DNA of 17,850 nucleotides from Gemmatimonadales bacterium (GTDB taxonomy: Bacteria > Gemmatimonadota > Gemmatimonadetes > Gemmatimonadales > GWC2-71-9): the NCBI GenBank assembly GCA_039794085.1, contig JBDIWC010000069.1, forward strand, positions 1-17,850, read 5' to 3'. Each line of letters starts with the position of its first letter. Positions within the stretch are counted from its first letter, which is position 1. The notes under the pieces are model-generated. The model did not search any database. It saw only the letters and a list, made by a program, of their open reading frames with translations, and had not been told where the DNA came from. Position numbers and translations under genes: made by a program. Positions 1 through 8,359 of the stretch are shown piece by piece.

Positions 1-145
1 GACGCTTGGTAGCCGACCCGAATTTAATGGCAGGCAGTCAGAAGGAAGAAAGAGCCCCGCGTTCCACACCGATTCCACTCCGATCACAGCGTAGCTTCTG
101 GGACGGACTGTTGACGGGATCTAGGGATAAATAAACCGAGGATAT

Positions 146-3100
146 TCAATCGTCAGGTAGGGGGCTTTGTGCGGATTCTGAATATCCTCTCAACGCCACC
201 GTGTTCTTCCCCGGCTCCGGAAGCAAGTCAAGAGTTTGGCGGGCTTGATTTCTGAACCAACGGGCTCTCCGCTCGTCCTGAACCAGTTGGCCAAGTGCCC
301 ACAAGACGTCGACTCTATCGATGGGATCGAGGACTCCAAGCGTTTCGTAGAGGCACCCTAGTCGTTGCAGAGCCTCCTTCTTGTCGGTCCTCCGTAAAAA
401 CGTTTTACTTATCCAGAAGGCGAATGCTCCACCAAAATTAATTGCATGCAGGGACCTGTGTTCACCGGTGGTTCCCAAAAGACCGAAGGAGCTAGCTTCT
501 CTGGCCATTCCAAGGTACATATACCCCTCAGCAGCAAGGAGAAGGGCAGCTTGGGCCATCCAAGAAATACTATCATTCTCATATGTGGTTGTGAGAGTGC
601 GGAGATTGTCTAACGCTGCCTTCGTACTGCCTTGTTTTGCCTGGGCGAATGCGGAGTAGGCGTAGGCCATGATCTGGTAGTATCCCCGCTGGCCATTCCC
701 CAGGGTTAGTGCATGGGTCGACCATGTGATGGAATCCGGCAGGTTGCGCCTGTAGAACTGACACATGCCAAGGTTTGCCGCCTGCCTCGCGGCGATCGGT
801 TCATTGCCAAGCCGCTTGGCAAGTTTATACGTCAAGAGAAAATCATCATAGGCCACGTCGAAGTCTGTCAGGCCTGATCTGATCGCGGCGATGCCGGCCT
901 GAAGACGCATTGCCAACGAATTCGGCGGAGCAGGGTCTCCAAGTGCCTGGATGGCATTCTGTATGGTTTCCATCGCCATGTGCGGAGAACCGTCAAAGTA
1001 CTGGATACGAGCCAATGCCAATAACACTCGGGATCGATCATGTCCCGAGAACGAATCAGGGTCTAATTTGTCTATGGTCTCCCTTGCTTGATCACGATAG
1101 TCTTGCTGACGTATGAAGTCGGTCATCGCCAGGGCGACGGCGGCCATCGCCCTGGTTGACAGGTCTTTCCCGTCCGTGATCAATCTGATGATCCGGGGAA
1201 CCCACTGCTGGAGCTTTTCCGAGTCGACATGCAGGAGGCCGGCCTCGGCCTGGAAGTGGAGCACCTCGGCGCGCTCCTCCAGGGCCGCGGGAACCTCGCG
1301 CACATCGGTCAGCACCTCGATCGACTCCTCCCAGCGGGACATCTCCTGAAGCACCTCGGCCAGAAGGAGGTGCGCCTCGGCCAGCGTTTCCTGCTGCAGG
1401 TGCCCCAGTCCCGTCCGGAGCGCCAGTTCCGCCTCGTGCAGGGCCCCGGCATCGATCGCTTCCCGGGCCCCGTTCAGCAACCAGGGGATCGACTCCTCCA
1501 CCCGGCTCGACCGCACCAGATGCCACGCCACCTCCAGGCCCGGTACTCCGGTTCCGTCCCGGCGCAGGGTGATCAGCCGGTCGGCCACCTGGCTGTGGAG
1601 CGTGCGGCGGAGCTGGCCGGGGTGGGCCAGGTAGATGTGGGCCCGAATGAGTTGGTTGGTGAACTCCAGCCCGGTCCCCGCATCGCGCAGGGCCCGGCGG
1701 GAGGCCAGGTCGGCCAGGGCGGTCATGGCCTGCCCGGGAGACACGTCCACCAGGGTATACATGCCGAGATCGTTCAGGCGCCGGTCGAGAATCGAGGCGA
1801 GACGGAGCACCCCGCCCGCCACGGGGTCGAGGCCCGCGAGCATCCGGTCGGCGAGCCGATGGTAATAGTCGGTGAGCGGTGGAGGGCTCAACTCCTCGGT
1901 CATCGCGCCGACCGCCAGGGAGATCGAGTCCGTCCCCCGATCGACCCAATCCTGGGTGAGCAGCTCGAGGGCCATCGGGATGCCCCCGGAGGCTGAGACG
2001 AGGGCCCGCCTCTCGGTGGGATTCGGGGCCCGGTGGCCCGACGGAAGAAGCACCCGGACCAGCTCCTGGGATTCCGCTTCGTCGAGGGGTCCGAGCACGA
2101 GGGGCTGAAACCGGAGGGCGCTCCCCGAGGTCATCGTGCCCTCGTGCCACCCTTCTCCCTGCGCGGCGGAGCTGGCCGTTGCCACCAGGACCAGAGGTGT
2201 TCCCTCGCAGCGCCGCACGATGAGATGCAGGACAGCGAGGCTCGCCTCGTCCGCCTGCGGAAGGTCATCGAGCACGAGCATGACAGGGTGCTCGTCCATC
2301 AGGGCCAGCAGGAGGGCATGGAGCGCTTCGGCAAAATAGATCTTGGCCGCCTCTCCCTGGGACTCCCGGGGCGGAGGGAGACCCGGAAAGGCCCGGGACA
2401 CGGCCGGGATCACCCGGGCGAGCTCGGCCAACTCCCCGGGCGGAGTGGCTGCGGCCCCCGGGCGGTCGAGGAGTCCCGCCACCAGTCCCGACACCGCGGC
2501 GTAGGGGATGCTCCGTTCCAGCTCGAAGCACTGGACCCGGGCCACCGAGGCTCCCTCCAGCGCGATCGCCGTGGCCAGGCGCGCGGCAAGGGTGGTCTTG
2601 CCCACGCCACTGTCGCCGATCACCAGCATGTGGATCGGAGCCCCGCGCTGGGCGGATTCCCATGCCCCGTGGAGCCGCAGGTACTCCTCCGTCCGGCCCA
2701 CGAAGGGGCGTCCTCTCCACTGGTCGGTCGGAACGTGCGGAATCTGCACCTGCGTGGTTCGTTCCCACCCCCGCCGCCGCAAGCGCACCGCCATCCCCTC
2801 CAGGGCCTCCGACGGGGACGCGCCGAGATCGGAGGCGATCCGCCCGATCCAGTCATCGTAGAGCCGGAGGGCGGTGATCCGATCCCCGGCCATGGCCCGG
2901 GACTCCATCTTTCCGCGGATCCCCTCCTCCGCGAACTCGTCGATGGCCAGCAACTGCTCCGCCGACCGCTCCATCCCCCGGGTGTCCCCCCGCCGGCGGG
3001 CCTTCTCGATCTGCTGGTGGAGTCCTTCGTGGATCCGGGGCAGCCAGCGGGCGTGTTGCCGGTCTCGCCACGCCTGGAATTCAGGGCACTCCGAAAGCTC

Positions 3101-3478
3101 GAATCCGGCCAGGAACCCGTCGAGCTCCAGGGCCGGGTGGTCGGCTGTGGCGTCGAGCTCTCCCCGGTCCAGCCAGTCGAGGTCGGTCGATACCGTTCCG
3201 GCGGCCAGTTGGACATGTTCCCGCGTCGCCTCGATCACGCCAGGGCCGAGTGCGCGCCGGAGGGCGCTCAGGGCCGTGGCCAACGACTGGCGCCCCTGGA
3301 AGGGAGGGACGCCGGGCCAGAGCAGGCCGATGAGGGTGTCACGCCGCCATCGGGCTCCCTGGGCAGCCAGGAGTATCAGCAACGCCAGGTGCTTCCGGAC
3401 CCGGATCTGAACCGGTTCGTCCCGGAAATTGCGCAGCGTCGGTGTCCCGAGGCAGTTCAGATAGAATGGTCTGGGCAT
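146..3478 (-). CDS. AfsR/SARP-like transcriptional regulator: winged HTH + BTAD + STAND (AAA_16-like) ATPase + C-terminal TPR-like helical sensor, ~1110 aa
   Basis: The N-terminus LNCLGTPTL..RKHLALLILLAA..WRRDTLIGLLWP..SLATALSALRRALG is the SARP wHTH pattern. GFLAGFELSECPEFQAW..LLAIDEFAEE fits BTAD. The ATPase region has FVGRTEE, Walker A GDSGVGKT, Walker B LVLDDLPQAD and a GxP motif (SGGIPMAL). Helical Ala/Leu repeats follow. ATG 3478 was chosen; GTG 3505 is an alternative start. Confidence 0.88.
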   Translation of the reverse strand: MPRPFYLNCLGTPTLRNFRDEPVQIRVRKHLALLILLAAQGARWRRDTLIGLLWPGVPPFQGRQSLATALSALRRALGPGVIEATREHVQLAAGTVSTDLDWLDRGELDATADHPALELDGFLAGFELSECPEFQAWRDRQHARWLPRIHEGLHQQIEKARRRGDTRGMERSAEQLLAIDEFAEEGIRGKMESRAMAGDRITALRLYDDWIGRIASDLGASPSEALEGMAVRLRRRGWERTTQVQIPHVPTDQWRGRPFVGRTEEYLRLHGAWESAQRGAPIHMLVIGDSGVGKTTLAARLATAIALEGASVARVQCFELERSIPYAAVSGLVAGLLDRPGAAATPPGELAELARVIPAVSRAFPGLPPPRESQGEAAKIYFAEALHALLLALMDEHPVMLVLDDLPQADEASLAVLHLIVRRCEGTPLVLVATASSAAQGEGWHEGTMTSGSALRFQPLVLGPLDEAESQELVRVLLPSGHRAPNPTERRALVSASGGIPMALELLTQDWVDRGTDSISLAVGAMTEELSPPPLTDYYHRLADRMLAGLDPVAGGVLRLASILDRRLNDLGMYTLVDVSPGQAMTALADLASRRALRDAGTGLEFTNQLIRAHIYLAHPGQLRRTLHSQVADRLITLRRDGTGVPGLEVAWHLVRSSRVEESIPWLLNGAREAIDAGALHEAELALRTGLGHLQQETLAEAHLLLAEVLQEMSRWEESIEVLTDVREVPAALEERAEVLHFQAEAGLLHVDSEKLQQWVPRIIRLITDGKDLSTRAMAAVALAMTDFIRQQDYRDQARETIDKLDPDSFSGHDRSRVLLALARIQYFDGSPHMAMETIQNAIQALGDPAPPNSLAMRLQAGIAAIRSGLTDFDVAYDDFLLTYKLAKRLGNEPIAARQAANLGMCQFYRRNLPDSITWSTHALTLGNGQRGYYQIMAYAYSAFAQAKQGSTKAALDNLRTLTTTYENDSISWMAQAALLLAAEGYMYLGMAREASSFGLLGTTGEHRSLHAINFGGAFAFWISKTFLRRTDKKEALQRLGCLYETLGVLDPIDRVDVLWALGQLVQDERRARWFRNQARQTLDLLPEPGKNTVALRGYSESAQSPLPDD

Positions 3479-3695
3479 GAGATCCCCGAGCCGTCCGTTG
3501 TCCACAGGTACAGATACGGTACCTCTGGTCCCTCAATAAACTCTGAACTGGATTTTGACCTGGGGGGACGCGGAGTTCAAGTTTAGTCTCTTACCGACAA
3601 GATTGAACTCACAACGGCAACAATCTTTTCGGCAACTCCCCGACCCCCCCGTCAGACCCGTCGATCGCAACGGTCGCGCCGGGCGAGGGGAATGG

Positions 3696-3791
3696 CCACA
3701 AAAAGCACAGAAGTCACAAGAGGTACAGCTCGGTGCGCAGGGGGGCCCCCAGGGGCGAAAGATGTCTCTGTGTCTTTTGTGCTTCTTGTGG
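3696..3791. repeat. Imperfect inverted repeat built from 9-bp CACAnnAG-type units (MITE/REP-like intergenic element)
   Basis: Left arm CCACAAAAAGCACAGAAGTCACAAGAG; the reverse complement of the right arm is CCACAAGAAGCACAAAAGACACAGAGA. A GC-rich spacer of about 40 bp separates them. Confidence 0.7.
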
Positions 3792-3961
3792 TTGGCTCTC
3801 TGGGGGTGGGGAGAGGGCTCCGGGGGGACATGAACCCCTGCCGAAGCCGGAGGAGCCCAACCTCTGACGGTGGTGCCCATCAAATAAAGCCGGGCCACGG
3901 CGCTCAGTGACTCGAGTTCACCAGACGTTCCCATCCAATTCATGGCCTGGGGCCCCGGGGT

Positions 3962-5020
3962 TCAGCGCCTCCGGGCCCAGACCCGGCCGGCCACCAGCTC
4001 CCGGATGAGGTCCTCGCTGCTGCGATCGGCTGCTTCGGCGGCGAAGTTGGTCATGACACGGTGTCTCAGTACAGAGGATGCTACGGCCTCGATGTCCTCG
4101 AAATCAGCCATCGGGCGACCGTCCATCGCCGCCTTCGCCTTGGCCCCGAGCACGAGGTACTGGCTTGCCCGAGGGCCTGCACCCCACTCGACGTACTCCC
4201 GGACCGTGGCCGGAGCGTCCTCATCCGAGGGCCGGGTCATCCGGACAAGGCTCACCGCGGCCTGGATGAGGCCCCGGGAGACGGGAATCCGGCGGACCAG
4301 GGCCTGCATCGTGCGTAGCTCATCTGCGTCGAGAACCGACTCGATACTCCGGGCGGAATTCCCGGTGGTCTGTTCCACGATCGCCTCCTCCTCGCTCCGG
4401 GTCGGGTAGCCGATCCGGACCTCCAGCATGAACCGGTCGAGCTGGGCCTCGGGCAGGGGGTAGGTTCCCTCCTGCTCGATCGGGTTCTGGGTGGCGAGAA
4501 CGAAGAACGGGTCGGGGAGATTCCAGGTCTTTCCGGCGACGGTGACCTTGTGCTCCTGCATCGCCTGGAGGAGAGCGGCCTGGGTCTTGGGAGGGGTCCG
4601 GTTGATCTCGTCGGCCAGGACCACGTGCGCAAAGATCGGCCCCTGGACGAAACGGAACGACCGGCGTCCCGAGGCGGGATCCTCCTCGACGATCTCGGTG
4701 CCGGTGATGTCGCCCGGCATGAGGTCGGGAGTGAACTGGACCCGGTTGAAGGAGAGGGCAAGGGTCTCGGACACGGTCTGGACCATGAGGGTCTTGGCCA
4801 GGCCGGGGACGCCGATCAGCAGGGCGTGCCCCCCGGAGAGGATGGCGGTGAGGATCCCGTCCACCGCTCCCTCCTGTCCGACGATCCGCCGGGCCACCTG
4901 AGCCCGGAGTCGGCCGATGGCGGTGGCGAGGTGGCGCAACCGGGCGACGTCATCGTCTCCGATGTCGGCATCGGCGAGGGCGGTGGGGACAGCGGAGGCG
5001 GAATGGTTGGACGTCGTCAT
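3962..5020 (-). CDS. moxR: MoxR family AAA+ ATPase, 352 aa
   Basis: Motifs GHALLIGVPGLAKT, RVQFTPDLMPGDITG, VVLADEINRTPPKTQAALLQAMQE, FFVLATQNPIEQEGTYPLPEAQLDRF, WGAGPRA and VLRHR are all present. ATG 5020 is preceded by a GGGAGA RBS. Confidence 0.95.
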   Translation of the reverse strand: MTTSNHSASAVPTALADADIGDDDVARLRHLATAIGRLRAQVARRIVGQEGAVDGILTAILSGGHALLIGVPGLAKTLMVQTVSETLALSFNRVQFTPDLMPGDITGTEIVEEDPASGRRSFRFVQGPIFAHVVLADEINRTPPKTQAALLQAMQEHKVTVAGKTWNLPDPFFVLATQNPIEQEGTYPLPEAQLDRFMLEVRIGYPTRSEEEAIVEQTTGNSARSIESVLDADELRTMQALVRRIPVSRGLIQAAVSLVRMTRPSDEDAPATVREYVEWGAGPRASQYLVLGAKAKAAMDGRPMADFEDIEAVASSVLRHRVMTNFAAEAADRSSEDLIRELVAGRVWARRR

Positions 5021-5174
5021 CGGTCTCCCGGCGAATGAATGCGGCACCCCGGTGCATGAGCTTCCGAAACACCGTACGCGCAAGCGGAGCGGGAAGTTAC
5101 CCGGTCGACCCGCAATCCGGCACTGGACCGCGCAAGCAGGGCGGAGAGTGTCGCCTGAGCGACGCATCCGGAGC

Positions 5175-5203
5175 TTGCGAAATTTTTCACAAGCTCCTAG
5201 TTT
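5175..5203 (+). promoter_or_regulatory. sigma70-type promoter of the atp cluster with an overlapping Rex-like operator (5175-5192)
   Basis: -35 TTGCGA (5175-5180), 17-bp spacer, -10 TAGTTT (5198-5203). The palindrome TTGCGAA-ATTT-TTCACAA differs by one base from the Rex consensus TTGTGAA-N4-TTCACAA. Confidence 0.7.
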
Positions 5204-5213
5204 TGCCTCCGCC

Positions 5214-5447
5214 ATGCCCCGGCAACCGAAGGATCAGGGCCTCGCCGAGGGGCAGCGATACCTGGGGCTCGGCCTCAAGTTCGCGGCCGGCATCGTGGGG
5301 TTCACCCTCCTCGGCTACGCGGTGGATCGGTGGCTCGGGATCATCCCGGTGGGCACCGTGACCGGCACCGTGCTGGGGACGGTGTTGAGCTTCGTGAGCG
5401 TGTGGCGGGAGATCGGCAGCGACGGCAAGGGGAAGCCGCCCGGATGA
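5214..5447 (+). CDS. AtpZ/AtpI family (ATPase gene 1-type) small membrane protein, 77 aa
   Basis: YLGLGLKFAAGIVGFTLLGYAVDRWLG..GTVLG, two hydrophobic segments, first gene of the atp cluster. Confidence 0.85.
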   Translation: MPRQPKDQGLAEGQRYLGLGLKFAAGIVGFTLLGYAVDRWLGIIPVGTVTGTVLGTVLSFVSVWREIGSDGKGKPPG

Positions 5448-5785
5448 AAACGGCGGTGACGGGTCTCCTGCTCTCCGCCCTGGTGTCCGGGGTCCTGCTG
5501 GCACTCTCCGGATGGCCGGCGTTTGGAGGGGCCCTGACGTTCGGGCTCGTGGCCACCGCGATTCAGATGGGGGCCGCCCGGGCGATGCGGGGAGCGTCAT
5601 CGCTTCCGTTCTCCGGCTTTGTGGCCCGGTGGGGCCTCGGGATGGCGCTCCGCTTCGGGGGCATCGTGCTGCTGGCGGGAGCCATCGTGGCGGATCGCAC
5701 CCGGTTTCCGCCGCTGCCCACGGCAATGGGTTTTCTGGGAGTGTTGATTCCTCTCCTGTTTCTGGAATGGCGGTTGTCGCGATGA
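5444..5785 (+). CDS. atpI: ATP synthase subunit I-like membrane protein, 113 aa
   Basis: Four hydrophobic segments and GMALRF. ATGA overlaps with both neighbours, and it sits directly before atpB. Confidence 0.7.
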   Translation: MKTAVTGLLLSALVSGVLLALSGWPAFGGALTFGLVATAIQMGAARAMRGASSLPFSGFVARWGLGMALRFGGIVLLAGAIVADRTRFPPLPTAMGFLGVLIPLLFLEWRLSR

Positions 5786-6636
5786 TGCAGGCTCCTGACA
5801 TTGGCGAGGTGGTCCTCCACCACACGGCGGACGCCTATTCCATCGGCATAGAGCCGTATCTGACCCTGCACTGGAACCGGTGGCCCGACCTCCACCTCGG
5901 TCCTCTCGCGATCAACCTGACCCCGACCAAGCATGTCATCTTCATGGTGCTGGCCGCGGTGCTGGTATTCGTGACGATGAAGCTGGCGGGCCGCTCGCTG
6001 GCGAAACAGCGGGCCGGCGAGACCGCGCCGCGGGGATTCGCCAATGCGATCGAGGGGCTGGTGCTCTTCGTGCGCAACGACATTGCGATCGCCAACATCG
6101 GTGAGGAGGGTCACAAGTACGCCCCCTTCATCATGACCCTCTTCTTCTTCATCCTCTTCGCCAATGTGCTCGGACTGCTTCCCCACGGCTCCACCGCCAC
6201 GGGCAACCTGGCGGTCACCGGCGCGCTGGCCATCCTCGTGTTCCTGACGGTGGAGATTTCCGGGATGCGAAAGCTCGGTTTCAAGGGGTACATGGGGACG
6301 ATCTTCCCCCATGTGCCCGGACTGCACGGCCCCGGCGCGGTGGTGATGTCGATCGCGATGGCGCCGATCGAGATCCTGGGCAAGCTGGTCAAGCCGTTCG
6401 CTCTGGCGGTCCGTCTCTTCGGCAACATGACGGCGGGTCACTTCGTGATCCTCTCCCTCTTCGGCATCATCTTCCTCTTCGGGGAGCTGGGCATCTGGAG
6501 CTGGGCGATCGCGTTCTCGACCGTGTTGCTGGTGGTGGGGATCATGCTGCTGGAACTGTTCGTGGCCTTTCTGCAGGCATACGTATTCGCGCTGCTCAGC
6601 GCGGTCTTCATCGGGATGATGCAGCGCGAACACTAG
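5782..6636 (+). CDS. atpB: F0F1 ATP synthase subunit a, 284 aa
   Basis: FFFILFANVLGLLP, ATGNLAVT, KPFALAVRLFGNMTAGH (catalytic Arg) and ELFVAFLQAYVFALL. Start is ATG 5782 or 5785. Confidence 0.96.
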   Translation: MMQAPDIGEVVLHHTADAYSIGIEPYLTLHWNRWPDLHLGPLAINLTPTKHVIFMVLAAVLVFVTMKLAGRSLAKQRAGETAPRGFANAIEGLVLFVRNDIAIANIGEEGHKYAPFIMTLFFFILFANVLGLLPHGSTATGNLAVTGALAILVFLTVEISGMRKLGFKGYMGTIFPHVPGLHGPGAVVMSIAMAPIEILGKLVKPFALAVRLFGNMTAGHFVILSLFGIIFLFGELGIWSWAIAFSTVLLVVGIMLLELFVAFLQAYVFALLSAVFIGMMQREH

Positions 6637-6668
6637 GCGGTAGGCGGTGGGCGTTGGGCGGTAGGATG
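6634..6668 (+). repeat. Heptamer tandem array starting at the atpB stop codon
   Basis: TAGGCGG TAGGCGG TGGGCGT TGGGCGG TAGGATG. Confidence 0.7.
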
Positions 6669-6684
6669 GATACAGGAATAGACC

Positions 6685-6708
6685 GTAGGGGCGCGGCGTG
6701 CCGCGCCC
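6685..6708. repeat. GTAG-type REP-like hairpin
   Basis: GTAG followed by the perfect palindrome GGGCGCGGC-GT-GCCGCGCCC. Confidence 0.65.
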
Positions 6709-6914
6709 ATGATGCGGTGGACATTCGCACGCAGGACCCCGCCCCGGGAGCATCGGCCCGGGTGCGGGGAAGGTACTCCGCCGGATGGCGGAGGAATGTC
6801 CGCTGGCCTTCGGGCCGACGGCGGGCGCCTCGACGGATCCGGGCGGGAGACCCGGGTTTGTGCGGGGCCGGTGCACTTCACCCATGATCTCCCCGACAAC
6901 CAAAGGGTTGCCCC

Positions 6915-7196
6915 ATGTTGGATTTTCTCGCGTTCCTGCAGGCCTCCGACGCCGCCGTCATCGCAGCGGCCAAGAACACCAACGCGCTCCTCGGAGCGGG
7001 GATCGGCATCGGTCTCGCGATCCTCGGCGCCGGGATCGGCCTGGGCCGGATCGGGGGCCAGGCGGCCGAGGCGATTGCCCGGCAGCCCGAGGCGAGCAAT
7101 GAGATCCGGGGCGCGGCCCTGCTGATCGCGGTGCTCCTCGAGGGCGCCACGATCATCGCGCTGGTGTTTGCCCTGCTCTTCAAGCTGATCGCGTAG
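6915..7196 (+). CDS. atpE: F0F1 ATP synthase subunit c, 93 aa
   Basis: GAGIGLGRIG glycine motif, RQPE loop, and the ion-binding Glu in LLEGA. Confidence 0.96.
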   Translation: MLDFLAFLQASDAAVIAAAKNTNALLGAGIGIGLAILGAGIGLGRIGGQAAEAIARQPEASNEIRGAALLIAVLLEGATIIALVFALLFKLIA

Positions 7197-7200
7197 TCCG

Positions 7201-7752
7201 ATGCCCAACGCGCTGTACGCGCTGCTGGTCCTCGCCGCGGACACGGAGGGCGGACCCACCTCGCCGTTCGAGGTGAACTTCGGGCTCATCTTCTGGGCCT
7301 GGGCGGTCTTCCTGATGCTCTTCTGGGTCCTGCGGAAGTATGCCTGGCCCCAGATCGTGTCGGCCACGGAGGAGAGGGAGCGCACCATCCGGCGTCAGCT
7401 GGAGGAGGCGGAACGGTTGCACGCCGAGGCCCGCACCGCGCATCAGGAGGCGGAGCGGCTGGCCTCCGAGGCGCGGGCGTCCGCGCAGACGATGCTGGCG
7501 GAGGCCCGGGCCGTCTCCGAGAAGGAGCGGTCGCTGGCCATCGAGAAGCTCCGGCAGGAGCAGGACGCCCTGCTGGAGCGGGCTCGGCGCGACATCGCGG
7601 ACGAGCGGGACCGGGCCGCGGTGATGCTCCGCACCGAGGCGGTGGATCTGGCACTTGCCGCCGCGGGTCGCTTGATCGAGGCCCGTCTCGACAGCGAGGC
7701 GGACCGGAAACTCGTCACGAGCTACCTCTCCTCGGTTGAGGCGGTCAGGTGA
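7201..7752 (+). CDS. atpF: F0F1 ATP synthase subunit b, 183 aa
   Basis: GLIFW..FLMLFWVLRKYAWPQI..ERERTI, then a long charged Ala-rich coiled coil. Follows atpE. Confidence 0.95.
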   Translation: MPNALYALLVLAADTEGGPTSPFEVNFGLIFWAWAVFLMLFWVLRKYAWPQIVSATEERERTIRRQLEEAERLHAEARTAHQEAERLASEARASAQTMLAEARAVSEKERSLAIEKLRQEQDALLERARRDIADERDRAAVMLRTEAVDLALAAAGRLIEARLDSEADRKLVTSYLSSVEAVR

Positions 7753-8291
7753 GGGCGGAATCGGTCGCCCTCAACTACGCCGAGGCACTCTTTGCCCTCG
7801 CCGAACGGGGGGGGGCGGGCGATGCGGTGGCGTGGGGTGATCTGATGCAGGCGCTGGCGGATGCCATCGCCCTGTCGCCGGGGGTGGACCGGGTGCTGAT
7901 GTCTCCCAAGGTGCCCAAGTCGGCCAAGGCGGATCTTCTGGCCGCCAGCCTCCCCGCCGCCCCCGAGGATTTCGTGCTCTTCCTCCGGGCGGTTGTGAAG
8001 CGCGGGCGGCAGGGGATGTTCGCGGAGATGGCCCGTCAGTATGGCACCCTGGTGGACGAGAAGCTGGGCCGGACCCGGGCGTCGGTGCTCGTGGCCCGGG
8101 AACCCGATCAGACGTTGCGCGATGGCATCGTGCAGGCGCTGGCCCGGGTCACCGGCAAGGAAGTGATCGCCACCTTCGTGACCGACCCGTCGATCCTGGG
8201 TGGGGCGATCGTGCGGGTGGAGGACCGGGTGCTGGATGGCTCGGTGCGGCGCCGGATGACGCGGTTGAGGCGGCAGTTGGTGGCGAGGTAG
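7749..8291 (+). CDS. atpH: F0F1 ATP synthase subunit delta, 180 aa
   Basis: VALNYAEALF..SPKV..DPSILGGAIVRVEDRVLDGSVR. The GTG start overlaps the atpF stop. Confidence 0.95.
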   Translation: MRAESVALNYAEALFALAERGGAGDAVAWGDLMQALADAIALSPGVDRVLMSPKVPKSAKADLLAASLPAAPEDFVLFLRAVVKRGRQGMFAEMARQYGTLVDEKLGRTRASVLVAREPDQTLRDGIVQALARVTGKEVIATFVTDPSILGGAIVRVEDRVLDGSVRRRMTRLRRQLVAR

Positions 8292-8344
8292 GGAGTGGGC
8301 ATAGGGCATAGGACGTAGGACAGTAGGACGTAGGACATAGGAAC
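8289..8344 (+). repeat. Heptamer tandem array starting at the atpH stop codon
   Basis: TAGGGAG TGGGCA TAGGGCA TAGGACG TAGGACAG TAGGACG TAGGACA TAGGAAC. Confidence 0.8.
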
Positions 8345-8359
8345 GCTTTCGGTCATGCA

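Noticed and set aside
2033..3586. 517-aa plus-strand ORF, and other long ORFs overlapping real genes (1229..1996, 5563..6903, 13547..14707, 15190..16824)
   Set aside because: These are antisense shadows of well-supported high-GC genes and show no recognisable motifs.
3831..3860. SRP (4.5S) RNA, from TGAACCCC..CCGGAGGAGC
   Set aside because: It lacks the conserved CAGG-xxx-GGAA-xxx-AGCA domain IV. The similarity is only superficial.
3533..3943. 136-aa minus ORF with a Cys cluster (CAPSCTSCDFCAFC)
   Set aside because: The Cys/His-Lys pattern is just the translation of the 9-mer inverted repeat. There is no RBS or family motif.
7807..7815. G9 run in atpH (and C9 at 8558-8566) as phase-variable tracts
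   Set aside because: They are short for a high-GC genome. One lies in an essential gene and the other in a low-complexity C-terminal tail.
5214..8291. N-ATPase or Na+-translocating ATP synthase
   Set aside because: Delta (atpH) is present, which N-ATPases lack. Subunit c has LLEGA and no helix-1 Gln or E-S/T Na+ signature, which is consistent with H+ coupling.
8289..8344. CRISPR array
   Set aside because: These are 7-bp tandem units with no spacers, and there are no cas genes.
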